Assembly: GCA_009781445.1 (NCBI GenBank) | Contig: WQYD01000003.1 | Coordinates: 2,464-66,463 of the forward strand | Source of the DNA: Bacillota bacterium | GTDB lineage: Bacteria; Bacillota; Clostridia; Christensenellales; DTU072 | Length of the DNA: 64,000 nt | Direction: 5' to 3' | In this document: one piece after another, positions 52,452-60,232 of the stretch | Numbering within the stretch: position 1 is the first letter of the stretch | Layout: every line of letters starts with the position of its first letter | The notes under the pieces: model-generated | Database searches by the model: none | Told to the model about the DNA's origin: nothing | What the model saw: only the letters and a program-made list of their open reading frames with translations | Translations under genes and position numbers: made by a program

Positions 52452-54698
52452 ATGAACGATTTAAAACTAATAGCCGAACGCATTAAATATTTAAGAGATA
52501 TTTTCGGGCTATCCCAACCTGCCATGGCTGAAGTGGCAGGCGTTAGCCTTGAAGAATACGCGCTTTACGAAGAGGGTAAGGCGGATTTCACCTTTAGCTT
52601 TTTGCAAAAACTTGCCAAATTTTACTCTGTGGACATAGTTGAGATTATATCGGGCGGTTCGCCCAAGCTTTCGGGCTTTCAAGTTATGCGTGCGGGTGAG
52701 GGCATGCCTTTTGAAAGGCGCAAGGGGTTTTCCTACTTACATAAAGCGTCCAAGTTTAAGAATAAACTTGCCGAACCCTTTGTGGTTACCGCGCCTTTTA
52801 ACGCAAGCATTAAGGAATTAAGCCTTTCTGCGCACAATGACGATGAACTCAATTTTATTTTAAAAGGTAGCCTCAGATTTAAGATAGGTGATTACGAAAC
52901 CGTGCTTAATGAGGGTGATTCCGTTTATTATAACGCGCTTGTACCACACGGAATGTCTGCCACGAACGGCAAAGAATGCACATTTTTATCCGTTGTGGTT
53001 AAAAAAGATTTGGCGGATAACGGCATTGCCACAGTGATAGGCGCAGACGAAGTTAAGAAAATTAAGGATAAAACCGCAATTTACCGCAAGTTCGTTATTC
53101 CCGAAGAAAATGAAAAAGGTAATTTAACCAAAATATCATTTGATATCCCCACAAATTTTAACTTCGCTTACGATGTGGTAGACGCCTTGGCTAAGAAATG
53201 CCCCGATAAGCCTGCCATGCTTTGGGTGGGCGCGGATAAAAATGAAAAAGTTTTCACATTCGCGGATATGAAAAGGCTATCCGATAAATGCGCTAATTTC
53301 TTTTTATCTGAGGGCATAAAGAAGGGTGATAAAGTTATGCTTGTGCTAAAACGCTATCACCAATTTTGGCCTGCGATTCTCGCGCTTCATAAAATCGGCG
53401 CAATCGCGATTCCTGCCACCCACCTTTTAACTAAAAAGGATTATCTTTATAGATTTGAGTCCGCAGGGGTTAACCATGTGGTTATCACTTCAGACGGCGA
53501 TGCCACGGCGGAATGCGAAGAAGCGGGCAAAGAATATAAGAAGATTGATAAAAAATTCATAGTGGGCGCGGATAGAAAGGGTTGGATAAATTTTGACAGT
53601 GGTTTGGAATCGGCAAGCGAAAGCCTAAACCGCATAAATAATTTTGCGGACGATCTTATGCTTATGTACTTCACCTCAGGCACAACGGGCTATCCTAAAA
53701 TCACCGCGCATTCTTACAAATACCCCCTTGGGCATTTAATAACCGCCAAATATTGGCAAAATGTGGATCCAGACGGTTGCCACTTTACCGTGGCGGACAC
53801 AGGTTGGGCAAAATCTGTGTGGGGTAAACTTTACGGACAATGGCTTTGCGAAGCCTGTGTATTCACTTACAATATGGAAAAGTTTGTGCCTCAAGATTTG
53901 CTTGAAATGTTTGCAAGGTATAACATTACCACATTTTGCGCACCGCCCACCATGTACCGCTTTTTCATAAAAGAGGATTTATCAAAATATGATTTATCCT
54001 CATTAAAGCACTGTTGCATTGCAGGTGAAGCACTTAACCCCGAAGTTTACGAACAATGGCAAAAAGCCACAGGCTTAAAGCTAATGGAAGGTTTCGGGCA
54101 AACTGAAATGACGGTTTGCGTGGCAAATCAACCCGCAGACGAACCAAAACCCGGTTCAATGGGCAAGCCCATGCCTCTTTATGATATTGCGATAGTTGAT
54201 TCGGATAACAAGCCCGTGAAAAGCGGTGAAATCGGCGAAATCGTGATAAGAACTGATAAAGGCGTTCCCCCCGGAATGTTTTTAGGATATTATAATGACG
54301 AAACGGCAACCAAAAAGGCTTGGAACAAGAATGTTTACCACACAGGCGATGTGGCATGGCAGGACGAGGACGGATATATTTGGTATGTGGGCAGAACGGA
54401 CGATGTGATAAAATCCGCAGGCTACCGCATAGGGCCTTTTGAAGTGGAATCCGTGATTATGGAAATTCCTTACATTCTTGAATGCGCTGTAACGGGCGTG
54501 CCAGACGAAGTCCGCGGGCAAGTAATCAAAGCCACAATCGTGCTTAAAGGAAAACCCCCTTCGGAAGAACTTAAAAAGGAAATCCAAAAATATGTTAAAG
54601 AACACACCGCCCCTTACAAATACCCGCGCATAATAGAATTTGTGGACGCTTTGCCAAAAACAATAAGCGGAAAGATTATGAGGAAAGACTTGAGATAA
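52452..54698 (+). CDS. Fusion protein: XRE HTH + cupin + AMP-forming acyl-CoA synthetase/ligase
   Basis: N-terminal HTH (IKYLRDIFGLSQPAMAEVAGVS), a cupin (GDSVYYNALVPHGM), then the AMP-binding signature MYFTSGTTGYPK, ...YHTGD... and a C-terminal ...PKTISGKIMR. Confidence 0.8.
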   Translation: MNDLKLIAERIKYLRDIFGLSQPAMAEVAGVSLEEYALYEEGKADFTFSFLQKLAKFYSVDIVEIISGGSPKLSGFQVMRAGEGMPFERRKGFSYLHKASKFKNKLAEPFVVTAPFNASIKELSLSAHNDDELNFILKGSLRFKIGDYETVLNEGDSVYYNALVPHGMSATNGKECTFLSVVVKKDLADNGIATVIGADEVKKIKDKTAIYRKFVIPEENEKGNLTKISFDIPTNFNFAYDVVDALAKKCPDKPAMLWVGADKNEKVFTFADMKRLSDKCANFFLSEGIKKGDKVMLVLKRYHQFWPAILALHKIGAIAIPATHLLTKKDYLYRFESAGVNHVVITSDGDATAECEEAGKEYKKIDKKFIVGADRKGWINFDSGLESASESLNRINNFADDLMLMYFTSGTTGYPKITAHSYKYPLGHLITAKYWQNVDPDGCHFTVADTGWAKSVWGKLYGQWLCEACVFTYNMEKFVPQDLLEMFARYNITTFCAPPTMYRFFIKEDLSKYDLSSLKHCCIAGEALNPEVYEQWQKATGLKLMEGFGQTEMTVCVANQPADEPKPGSMGKPMPLYDIAIVDSDNKPVKSGEIGEIVIRTDKGVPPGMFLGYYNDETATKKAWNKNVYHTGDVAWQDEDGYIWYVGRTDDVIKSAGYRIGPFEVESVIMEIPYILECAVTGVPDEVRGQVIKATIVLKGKPPSEELKKEIQKYVKEHTAPYKYPRIIEFVDALPKTISGKIMRKDLR

Positions 54699-54700
54699 TA

Positions 54701-54726
54701 AAAAACCGCCGAAAGGCGGTTTTTTC
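54701..54726 (+). terminator. Rho-independent terminator
   Basis: aaaaaccgcc-gaaa-ggcggttttt followed by T. Repeat 54727-54856 starts immediately after it. Confidence 0.75.
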
Positions 54727-54856
54727 AGCGCACAATGCACAGCGCACAATGATTGATTCTAAATATCATTATAGATTAATCCATAATTCTGCATTCTGAA
54801 TTCTTAATTCTGAATTAATCCTTCATTGTGCGCTGTGCATTGTGCGCTGTGCGCTG
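54727..54856. repeat. Family-1 heptamer-array palindromic element
   Basis: (CAGCGCA/CAATGCA)x3 - aatgattgattctaaatatcatta (core, reverse) - AATTCTG-type array - aatccttcat - (TGTGCGC/TGTGCAT)x4. Reverse orientation of 20547-20683. Confidence 0.9.
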
Positions 54857-54858
54857 AA

Positions 54859-55293
54859 TTAAATCAATCCAATAACCGCCGTTGCCCTTTCTTCCCTTGC
54901 AAGGATTATATCCACATTCGTGGTTTGGTTGTGGGCTTTCATGGTGTCAAGGGCGGTGAGTAAACTTATTTGCAAATCAATAAGCAAATCTTTTCCGCGC
55001 GGATAGTTACCGTTTCTTTTTTGGCAACAAGACGGGTGGGCAATACCGCTACCCCTTAAATTGCACAAATCCACAAGCGTTAACCGCTTAAGGCTTTCAA
55101 GATATGTAAGCGCGCTGTTAGTTTGCCGTCCGCACGCAAGCGCAACGGTTATAATATCAAGCTGTTTTTCCACTATTTCAATAAGTTCGTCTGCATGGGC
55201 GAACGGCATACCGTGCGTTTTTAAGGCTTTGCCGTATTCCCTCGCAAGTTCTTCCATATATCCTATTTCCACTTTTAACCCCGCTTTTTGCAT
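54859..55293 (-). CDS. Hypothetical protein (144 aa)
   Basis: ORF with plausible codon usage and no motif I recognise. Confidence 0.35.
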   Translation of the reverse strand: MQKAGLKVEIGYMEELAREYGKALKTHGMPFAHADELIEIVEKQLDIITVALACGRQTNSALTYLESLKRLTLVDLCNLRGSGIAHPSCCQKRNGNYPRGKDLLIDLQISLLTALDTMKAHNQTTNVDIILAREERATAVIGLI

Positions 55294-55360
55294 TGTTTTT
55301 AATGGTGAGAAAACAACGCCACACTATATATATGCGTGGCGCGCGCTATGTGTTCATTAT

Positions 55361-55440
55361 ATTGCAAATTATTGCACACATTTTTGCTTTAAATGTGTTA
55401 GAATATTTACACAAACAATAATTGCAATATTTTGCACACG
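55361..55440. promoter_or_regulatory. Two 20-nt direct repeats bracketing an extended -10 element
   Basis: ATTGCAAATTATTGCACACA (55361-55380) and ATTGCAATATTTTGCACACG (55421-55440) flank TGTTAGAAT (55396-55404). Confidence 0.35.
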
Positions 55441-55448
55441 AGGTGAAT

Positions 55449-55820
55449 ATGTTACTTGATACAACGGGCAAATTAGTTAAAAAACTTGATTTCCGTGGCA
55501 CAAAGTTTTCCTACCTTGATAAGGTTTCCGCAAAGGATTTACTTCTTATCATGGCTTCGGCACAGCAGTTGGTTAACGCTAAGGATAGCTTTAAGGCAAC
55601 CGATCTTTTACCTAAAGATTGGTCTAAAACCATTTATCAGCCAATAATGCAGGCTTGCGAAGAAAACGAAGCGGATCACGCAAAAGCAAGGGCTGCGGCT
55701 AACCGCCTGTTCGGCGTAATTATTAAGCAAGCCCTAATAATGACACCCCTATTATTCAGCCAAACAAGTGGCGGTGAATGGGAAGGGGTTGTGTACTCAA
55801 GGGAATCGCTTGATTTCTAA
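55449..55820 (+). CDS. Hypothetical protein (123 aa)
   Basis: ATG at 55449 preceded by GAGGTG. No recognisable motif. Confidence 0.35.
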   Translation: MLLDTTGKLVKKLDFRGTKFSYLDKVSAKDLLLIMASAQQLVNAKDSFKATDLLPKDWSKTIYQPIMQACEENEADHAKARAAANRLFGVIIKQALIMTPLLFSQTSGGEWEGVVYSRESLDF

Positions 55821-55855
55821 TTACTTAAGTATAGAATCTAAGTGTCGCGGTGTGT

Positions 55856-56006
55856 CAGCGCACAATGCACAGCGCACAGCGCACAATGAAGGATTCTAAA
55901 TCTTATTATTAGTTAACTAATCCATAATTCGTACTTCGTACCCTGTACTTCGTACTTAAATAAATAATTCCACCATTGTGCGCTGTGCATTGTGCGCTGT
56001 GCGCTG
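55856..56006. repeat. Family-1 heptamer-array palindromic element
   Basis: (CAGCGCA/CAATGCA)x4 - aatgaaggattctaaatcttattatt (core, reverse) - TTCGTAC array - aattccaccat - (TGTGCGC/TGTGCAT)x4. Confidence 0.9.
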
Positions 56007-56019
56007 AAAAAACAGAAAA

Positions 56020-57279
56020 ATGCTTGATTTTAGATTTGTTGCAGAAAATATAGAACTTATTGAGAAAAAGTGCCGTGATAGACGGCTTAGCCTTGATTTA
56101 ACGCCCGTTAAAGAACAGGCTACTAAAAGGAAAAACCTCATAAGAGATGTTGAGGCTTTGAAGGCACGCAAAAATACCGTGAGTGCGGAAGTTGCCACGA
56201 TTAAAAAGGCGGGTGGAAATTGTGATAGCCTTATCCTTGAAATGCGCGAAACTGGCGATAAGATTAAGGAAATGGATTCACTTCTTTCCGAAGTTGAAGA
56301 ATGGTTAAGCGAATTTATGTTTAACATTCCTAACCTTGTGGACGACAGCGTGCCAATCGGCAAGGACGCAGAGGATAACAAAGAGGTTAGGAAATTTCTT
56401 GAACCCACCAAATTTAGCTTTAAGCCCCTGCCTCATTGGGAAATAGGTGAAAAGCATGATATTCTTTCGGCTTCACTCGGCGCAAGGATAGCGGGCGCGC
56501 GGTTCACCGTTTATAAAGGAATGGGGGCAAAACTTGAACGCGCAATTATCAATTTAATGCTTGATACGCACGGCGAAGCAGGCTATACCGAAATTTTTCC
56601 GCCCTTCCTTGCAAACCGCGAAAGCATGATTGGCACGGGGCAACTTCCCAAATTTGAGGAAGATATGTTCCGCGTGGCAAACACTAATTTTTATTTAGTG
56701 CCTACCGCCGAAGTTCCCGTAACGAATTTATTCAGAAATGATATTATAGACGGCGCAAAACTTCCAATTAAATACACCGCTTACACGGCTTGCTTCCGCG
56801 CGGAAGCTGGAAGTGCTGGCAGAGATACAAGGGGGCTTATCCGCCAACACCAATTTAATAAGGTGGAACTTGTGAAGTTTGCGCACCCGGACGAAAGTTT
56901 TAAAGAACTTGAAAGCCTAACGGCAGACGCTGAAAAAATCCTAAAACTATTAAAACTTCCTTACAGAGTTGTTATGCTATGTTCGGGCGATACGGGGTTT
57001 AGCAGTTGCAAAACTTACGATTTAGAAGTTTATATGCCAAGCTATGAAAGATATGTGGAAATCTCAAGCTGTTCTAACTTTGTGGATTTTCAAGCACGGC
57101 GTGCAAATATCAAATTCAGGGACGAAAGCGGAAAATTGCGCCTTGCCCACACCTTAAACGGTTCGGGGCTTGCCGTGGGCAGAACTGTGGCGGCAATTTT
57201 AGAAAATTACCAACAAGCAGACGGCAGTGTGATAATCCCCGAAGTGCTGAGGAAATATGTGGGGGCGGAAAGGATTTAG
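56020..57279 (+). CDS. serS: Seryl-tRNA synthetase
   Basis: [17 protein letters not shown]..., the N-terminal coiled-coil arm and class-II motifs (...[24 protein letters not shown]...; ...GSGLAVGRT). Confidence 0.9.
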   Translation: MLDFRFVAENIELIEKKCRDRRLSLDLTPVKEQATKRKNLIRDVEALKARKNTVSAEVATIKKAGGNCDSLILEMRETGDKIKEMDSLLSEVEEWLSEFMFNIPNLVDDSVPIGKDAEDNKEVRKFLEPTKFSFKPLPHWEIGEKHDILSASLGARIAGARFTVYKGMGAKLERAIINLMLDTHGEAGYTEIFPPFLANRESMIGTGQLPKFEEDMFRVANTNFYLVPTAEVPVTNLFRNDIIDGAKLPIKYTAYTACFRAEAGSAGRDTRGLIRQHQFNKVELVKFAHPDESFKELESLTADAEKILKLLKLPYRVVMLCSGDTGFSSCKTYDLEVYMPSYERYVEISSCSNFVDFQARRANIKFRDESGKLRLAHTLNGSGLAVGRTVAAILENYQQADGSVIIPEVLRKYVGAERI

Positions 57280-57466
57280 CGCACAACGCACAGCGCACAG
57301 CGCACAATGAAGGAATTATTTATTAAGTACGAAGTACGAATTGTGGATTAATTAACTAATAATGATATTTAGATTCCAACCCTGCACCCTGCATCCTGCA
57401 ACCTGCACCCTCAATAATAATATATAGAATCCACCATTGTGCGCTGTGCGCTGTGCATTGTGCGCT
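57280..57466. repeat. Family-1 element with five modules
   Basis: (GCGCACA)x4 - atgaaggaatt - (GTACGAA)x2 - ttgtggattaattaactaataatgatatttagattcc - (CCTGCA[C/T/A])x4 - second partial core - (TGTGCGC)x4. Confidence 0.9.
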
Positions 57467-57478
57467 GAATTAAGAAAT

Positions 57479-58117
57479 ATGTCCAAAAAAGATAAAGAAA
57501 AAGCTGAAAAGAAAGAAAAAACGGGTTCGGGTGAGGCACTCGGTTCTTTGCTACGCGTTATTGTGGGCTTTTTTAAGGTTTTATTTAAAATAATTACCTT
57601 TTTCGGGCTTTGGGCGCCTGCGCTTTACGCACTTTTCGGCGTTATTCTGCATTATTCTTCGGGGTTTGATCCCTTTCAGGACGGCGGAAATTCGCGCCTT
57701 TTTTGGGTGGGATTCGCGCTGTGCCTTGTTACCACAATAATAATTTTTATAAACAATTTATTCGTTAAGCCTATTAAGAATATTAGAAAGGGCTATAAAA
57801 ACCCTGTTTGGAAAAAGGGCGAAGAGGAAAGCGAAGATAAAAAGGGTGCGAAAAAAACCAAAAGCAAGGAAAGCGCAAAGCCTAATCAAAAGGCAGAACC
57901 TCAAAACGCCCCCAAAGGAAAAGTGCCACCCAAGCGCGAAGAGATTCAAAGGCCAAAACCGCAAGGCGGGCAATCTTACGCGCCTGAAAGAGAAATGCCA
58001 CAAATCTATTTTAGCGCACGCGAACCCGATACGCTTGTGCATGAATATAAGGATAGATTTGAGGTTTATAAAATAAGAAACGGCAAACCTTATATAGATA
58101 GGGTTGAATTTAAATAA
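57479..58117 (+). CDS. Hypothetical membrane protein with Lys-rich N- and C-terminal regions
   Basis: Start set at the ATG at 57479 (MSKKDKEKAEKK); the ORF-track N-terminus [14 protein letters not shown] is repeat-derived. Has 3 hydrophobic segments. Confidence 0.4.
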   Translation: MSKKDKEKAEKKEKTGSGEALGSLLRVIVGFFKVLFKIITFFGLWAPALYALFGVILHYSSGFDPFQDGGNSRLFWVGFALCLVTTIIIFINNLFVKPIKNIRKGYKNPVWKKGEEESEDKKGAKKTKSKESAKPNQKAEPQNAPKGKVPPKREEIQRPKPQGGQSYAPEREMPQIYFSAREPDTLVHEYKDRFEVYKIRNGKPYIDRVEFK

Positions 58118-58133
58118 TTTTAAGAGTTAGCTA

Positions 58134-59018
58134 ATGGATTCAAATATAACCGCCGAAAAGGTTAAAAAAGAGAGAAAAAAGCGCGCATGGGAACTGGACT
58201 TTTTGCGCGGTTTATCCATTCTCTTGGTTGCAATGGATCACACTTTTTACGATATGGCGCACCTGTTCGGTTGGGGCTGGAAAGATTCTGGGGTTACCGC
58301 GCTTGAAAAAGCGCAAGCCTTTTCGCTTGGCTATCTACAATCAGCTTTGCGCTTTTTTTGGTGGCCTATCTTTATTTTTATCTTCTTTTGCGTGTCGGGC
58401 ATTTGCACTGCCTTTAGCAGAAATAACCTTTGGCGCGGAATTAAACTTTCCATAGTCGCCCTTGCACTATCTGGCGCTACTTATCTTCTGGACACTTCGG
58501 GCGTTGCCGAAGGTTCAACAATAGTATTCGGGGTTATCCACTGCATTGCGGTGTGCATAATTGTTTATGCGTTTATTGAGGTTGCGGTTAACTTTTTTGC
58601 CAAAAACAAAAATGTTAAAAAGTACATTAAAGCAGGAATTTCCTTTGCAATTGCTTTAACCGTGCTTATCCTTAACGCGGTTTATAATGTGAATTATAGA
58701 AATGTAAGCGTTTCCGCTGAATATGTGGTAACAAGCCACTTCTTGGGGGGGCTGTTTGTGTACACAAGAGATTTTTGGCTTATAAGTTCGGATTACTTCC
58801 CCCTGCTTCCGCACCTTGGGTTTTTTATGTTCGGCGCAGGGCTATCCGCCATTATATATCCTAATAAAAAATCCCTTCTTCCCTCTCTTGATCGCGCTTG
58901 GCATTTGCCCGTTACTATCCCCGGCAGATTCTCACTAATCGTATATGTGGGTTCCCAAATAGCTGTTATCGGAATCCTTGTAATAGTTAATTACGCATAT
59001 TTGGGGTATTGGTTTTAA
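58134..59018 (+). CDS. DUF1624-like acyltransferase-type membrane protein (HGSNAT-like)
   Basis: ELDFLRGLSILLVAMDHTFYD is the DUF1624 N-terminal pattern. About 8 TM helices. Confidence 0.6.
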   Translation: MDSNITAEKVKKERKKRAWELDFLRGLSILLVAMDHTFYDMAHLFGWGWKDSGVTALEKAQAFSLGYLQSALRFFWWPIFIFIFFCVSGICTAFSRNNLWRGIKLSIVALALSGATYLLDTSGVAEGSTIVFGVIHCIAVCIIVYAFIEVAVNFFAKNKNVKKYIKAGISFAIALTVLILNAVYNVNYRNVSVSAEYVVTSHFLGGLFVYTRDFWLISSDYFPLLPHLGFFMFGAGLSAIIYPNKKSLLPSLDRAWHLPVTIPGRFSLIVYVGSQIAVIGILVIVNYAYLGYWF

Positions 59019-59021
59019 AAT

Positions 59022-59918
59022 ATGAAAGCATTCTATATTGAAAAAGACATTTATATAAACCCTGTGGACACGGAAAACATTGATTATGTTTTCTCGCCAC
59101 GATATGGGTATTTGAAGTTAAATAAAAATAAGAAGATAAGGGGCGGTGAAGCGTTTTTGTTCGGCACTTATAACAACTTGTTTTTAAAACTATATCACGC
59201 AAGCCACCTTTCGTACACTAATCTTAAAAAACTTCAAGCCATGCTTGAGATTGATATAAGGAATCCTTTTATCCTTTGGCCCAAAGATTTAATTTTTTAC
59301 GAAAATAATTTCGTGGGCTATGTTATGGACGAATTAAAGGATTGCCGTTCTATAGACGAACTACGGGACGAAAATTTTGCGTCTTTTAAAACGCTTGATA
59401 GGTTCGTTATCGTTAAAAACTTTTTGAAAAATATTGCGTATCTTCACAAGAAAAATATCCTTGTGGGGGATATGAAGCTGGATAATATCCTTGTTAAGCA
59501 AAATAAGGAAGTTTATATTATAGACACGGGAAGTTTCCAAGTAGAGGATTACCCTTGCGCCGTTTACCACAGAGATTACACAGAAAGGAAATTAACGGAA
59601 GAGGAACTAAAGCAAAGCCTAAGAGAATTAAAGGACGAATTTTACCCGATAAATAAAATTATATTTGAAATCCTTATGCTTAAAACCCCCTATTATAATA
59701 AGGATAATATAGAGATAGACGCCGAGGGTAGCCGTGAATTTCATTACCCAATGAACGCAGACGAAGCAGGCAAAAACCCCCCTCTTCACATAAAAATTTG
59801 GCTTTCGCTTAGCCCTGCCATGCGTGGATTTTTTAAGGATTACTATAAGGACGGAAAAATTACACCGCTAAATGTGTGGATTGAGGAACTTGAGAGGTTT
59901 ATCGGGGAAAAGCAGTAA
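59022..59918 (+). CDS. Protein-kinase-like protein
   Basis: Catalytic-loop-like HKKNILVGDMKLDNILV and an IIDTGSF (DFG-like) motif. No obvious glycine-rich loop. Confidence 0.55.
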   Translation: MKAFYIEKDIYINPVDTENIDYVFSPRYGYLKLNKNKKIRGGEAFLFGTYNNLFLKLYHASHLSYTNLKKLQAMLEIDIRNPFILWPKDLIFYENNFVGYVMDELKDCRSIDELRDENFASFKTLDRFVIVKNFLKNIAYLHKKNILVGDMKLDNILVKQNKEVYIIDTGSFQVEDYPCAVYHRDYTERKLTEEELKQSLRELKDEFYPINKIIFEILMLKTPYYNKDNIEIDAEGSREFHYPMNADEAGKNPPLHIKIWLSLSPAMRGFFKDYYKDGKITPLNVWIEELERFIGEKQ

Positions 59919-59986
59919 GTACGAAGTACGAATTAAGGATTAATTCAGAATTAAGAATTCAGAATGCAGAATTGTGGATTAATTCC
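59915..59986. repeat. Family-1 fragment (GTACGAA and CAGAATT arrays), overlapping the kinase stop codon
   Basis: gtaagtacgaagtacgaattaaggattaattcagaattaagaattcagaatgcagaattgtggattaatt. Confidence 0.85.
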
Positions 59987-60232
59987 TAACAGAACCCCGC
60001 AGGGGTGAAATGTGCATAACCCCATGCAAGCGGTAGCGAAGCTTGGGGTAAGGCAAAGGAATGTGGGTAGCAACACAAAACCCACCTTTCTGCCATTGGC
60101 AGAAAGGTGGGTTTTGTTTGTGTAGGTTAGCTTGCCGTACCGTCCTTAGCCACGGGTTTCACCCATGGTTATCCAAATTCTGCCCGCTTGGGGGCAGTTA
60201 CGGATTTTTCCATAATTTGTACTTCATAATTC
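59987..60232. repeat. Family-3 hairpin-cluster repeat (includes a bidirectional terminator)
   Basis: Shares ggtgggttttgtttgtgt[a/g]ggttagcttgc.gt.ccgt...ccacgggtttcaccc.tggttat...ctgccc..gggcag with 43434-43560. Extra left part has gcaggggtgaaatgtgcataacc. Confidence 0.8.
60081..60120. terminator. Bidirectional rho-independent terminator between convergent genes
   Basis: 14-bp stem cccacctttctgcc / ggcagaaaggtggg with a 3-nt loop, an A-run before it and TTTTGTTTG after it. Confidence 0.7.

Noticed and set aside
55856-56019. T-box riboswitch upstream of serS.
   Set aside because: The whole upstream interval is occupied by the family-1 element. I saw no specifier-loop or T-box (AANNNGGGTGGTACCGCG-like) sequence.
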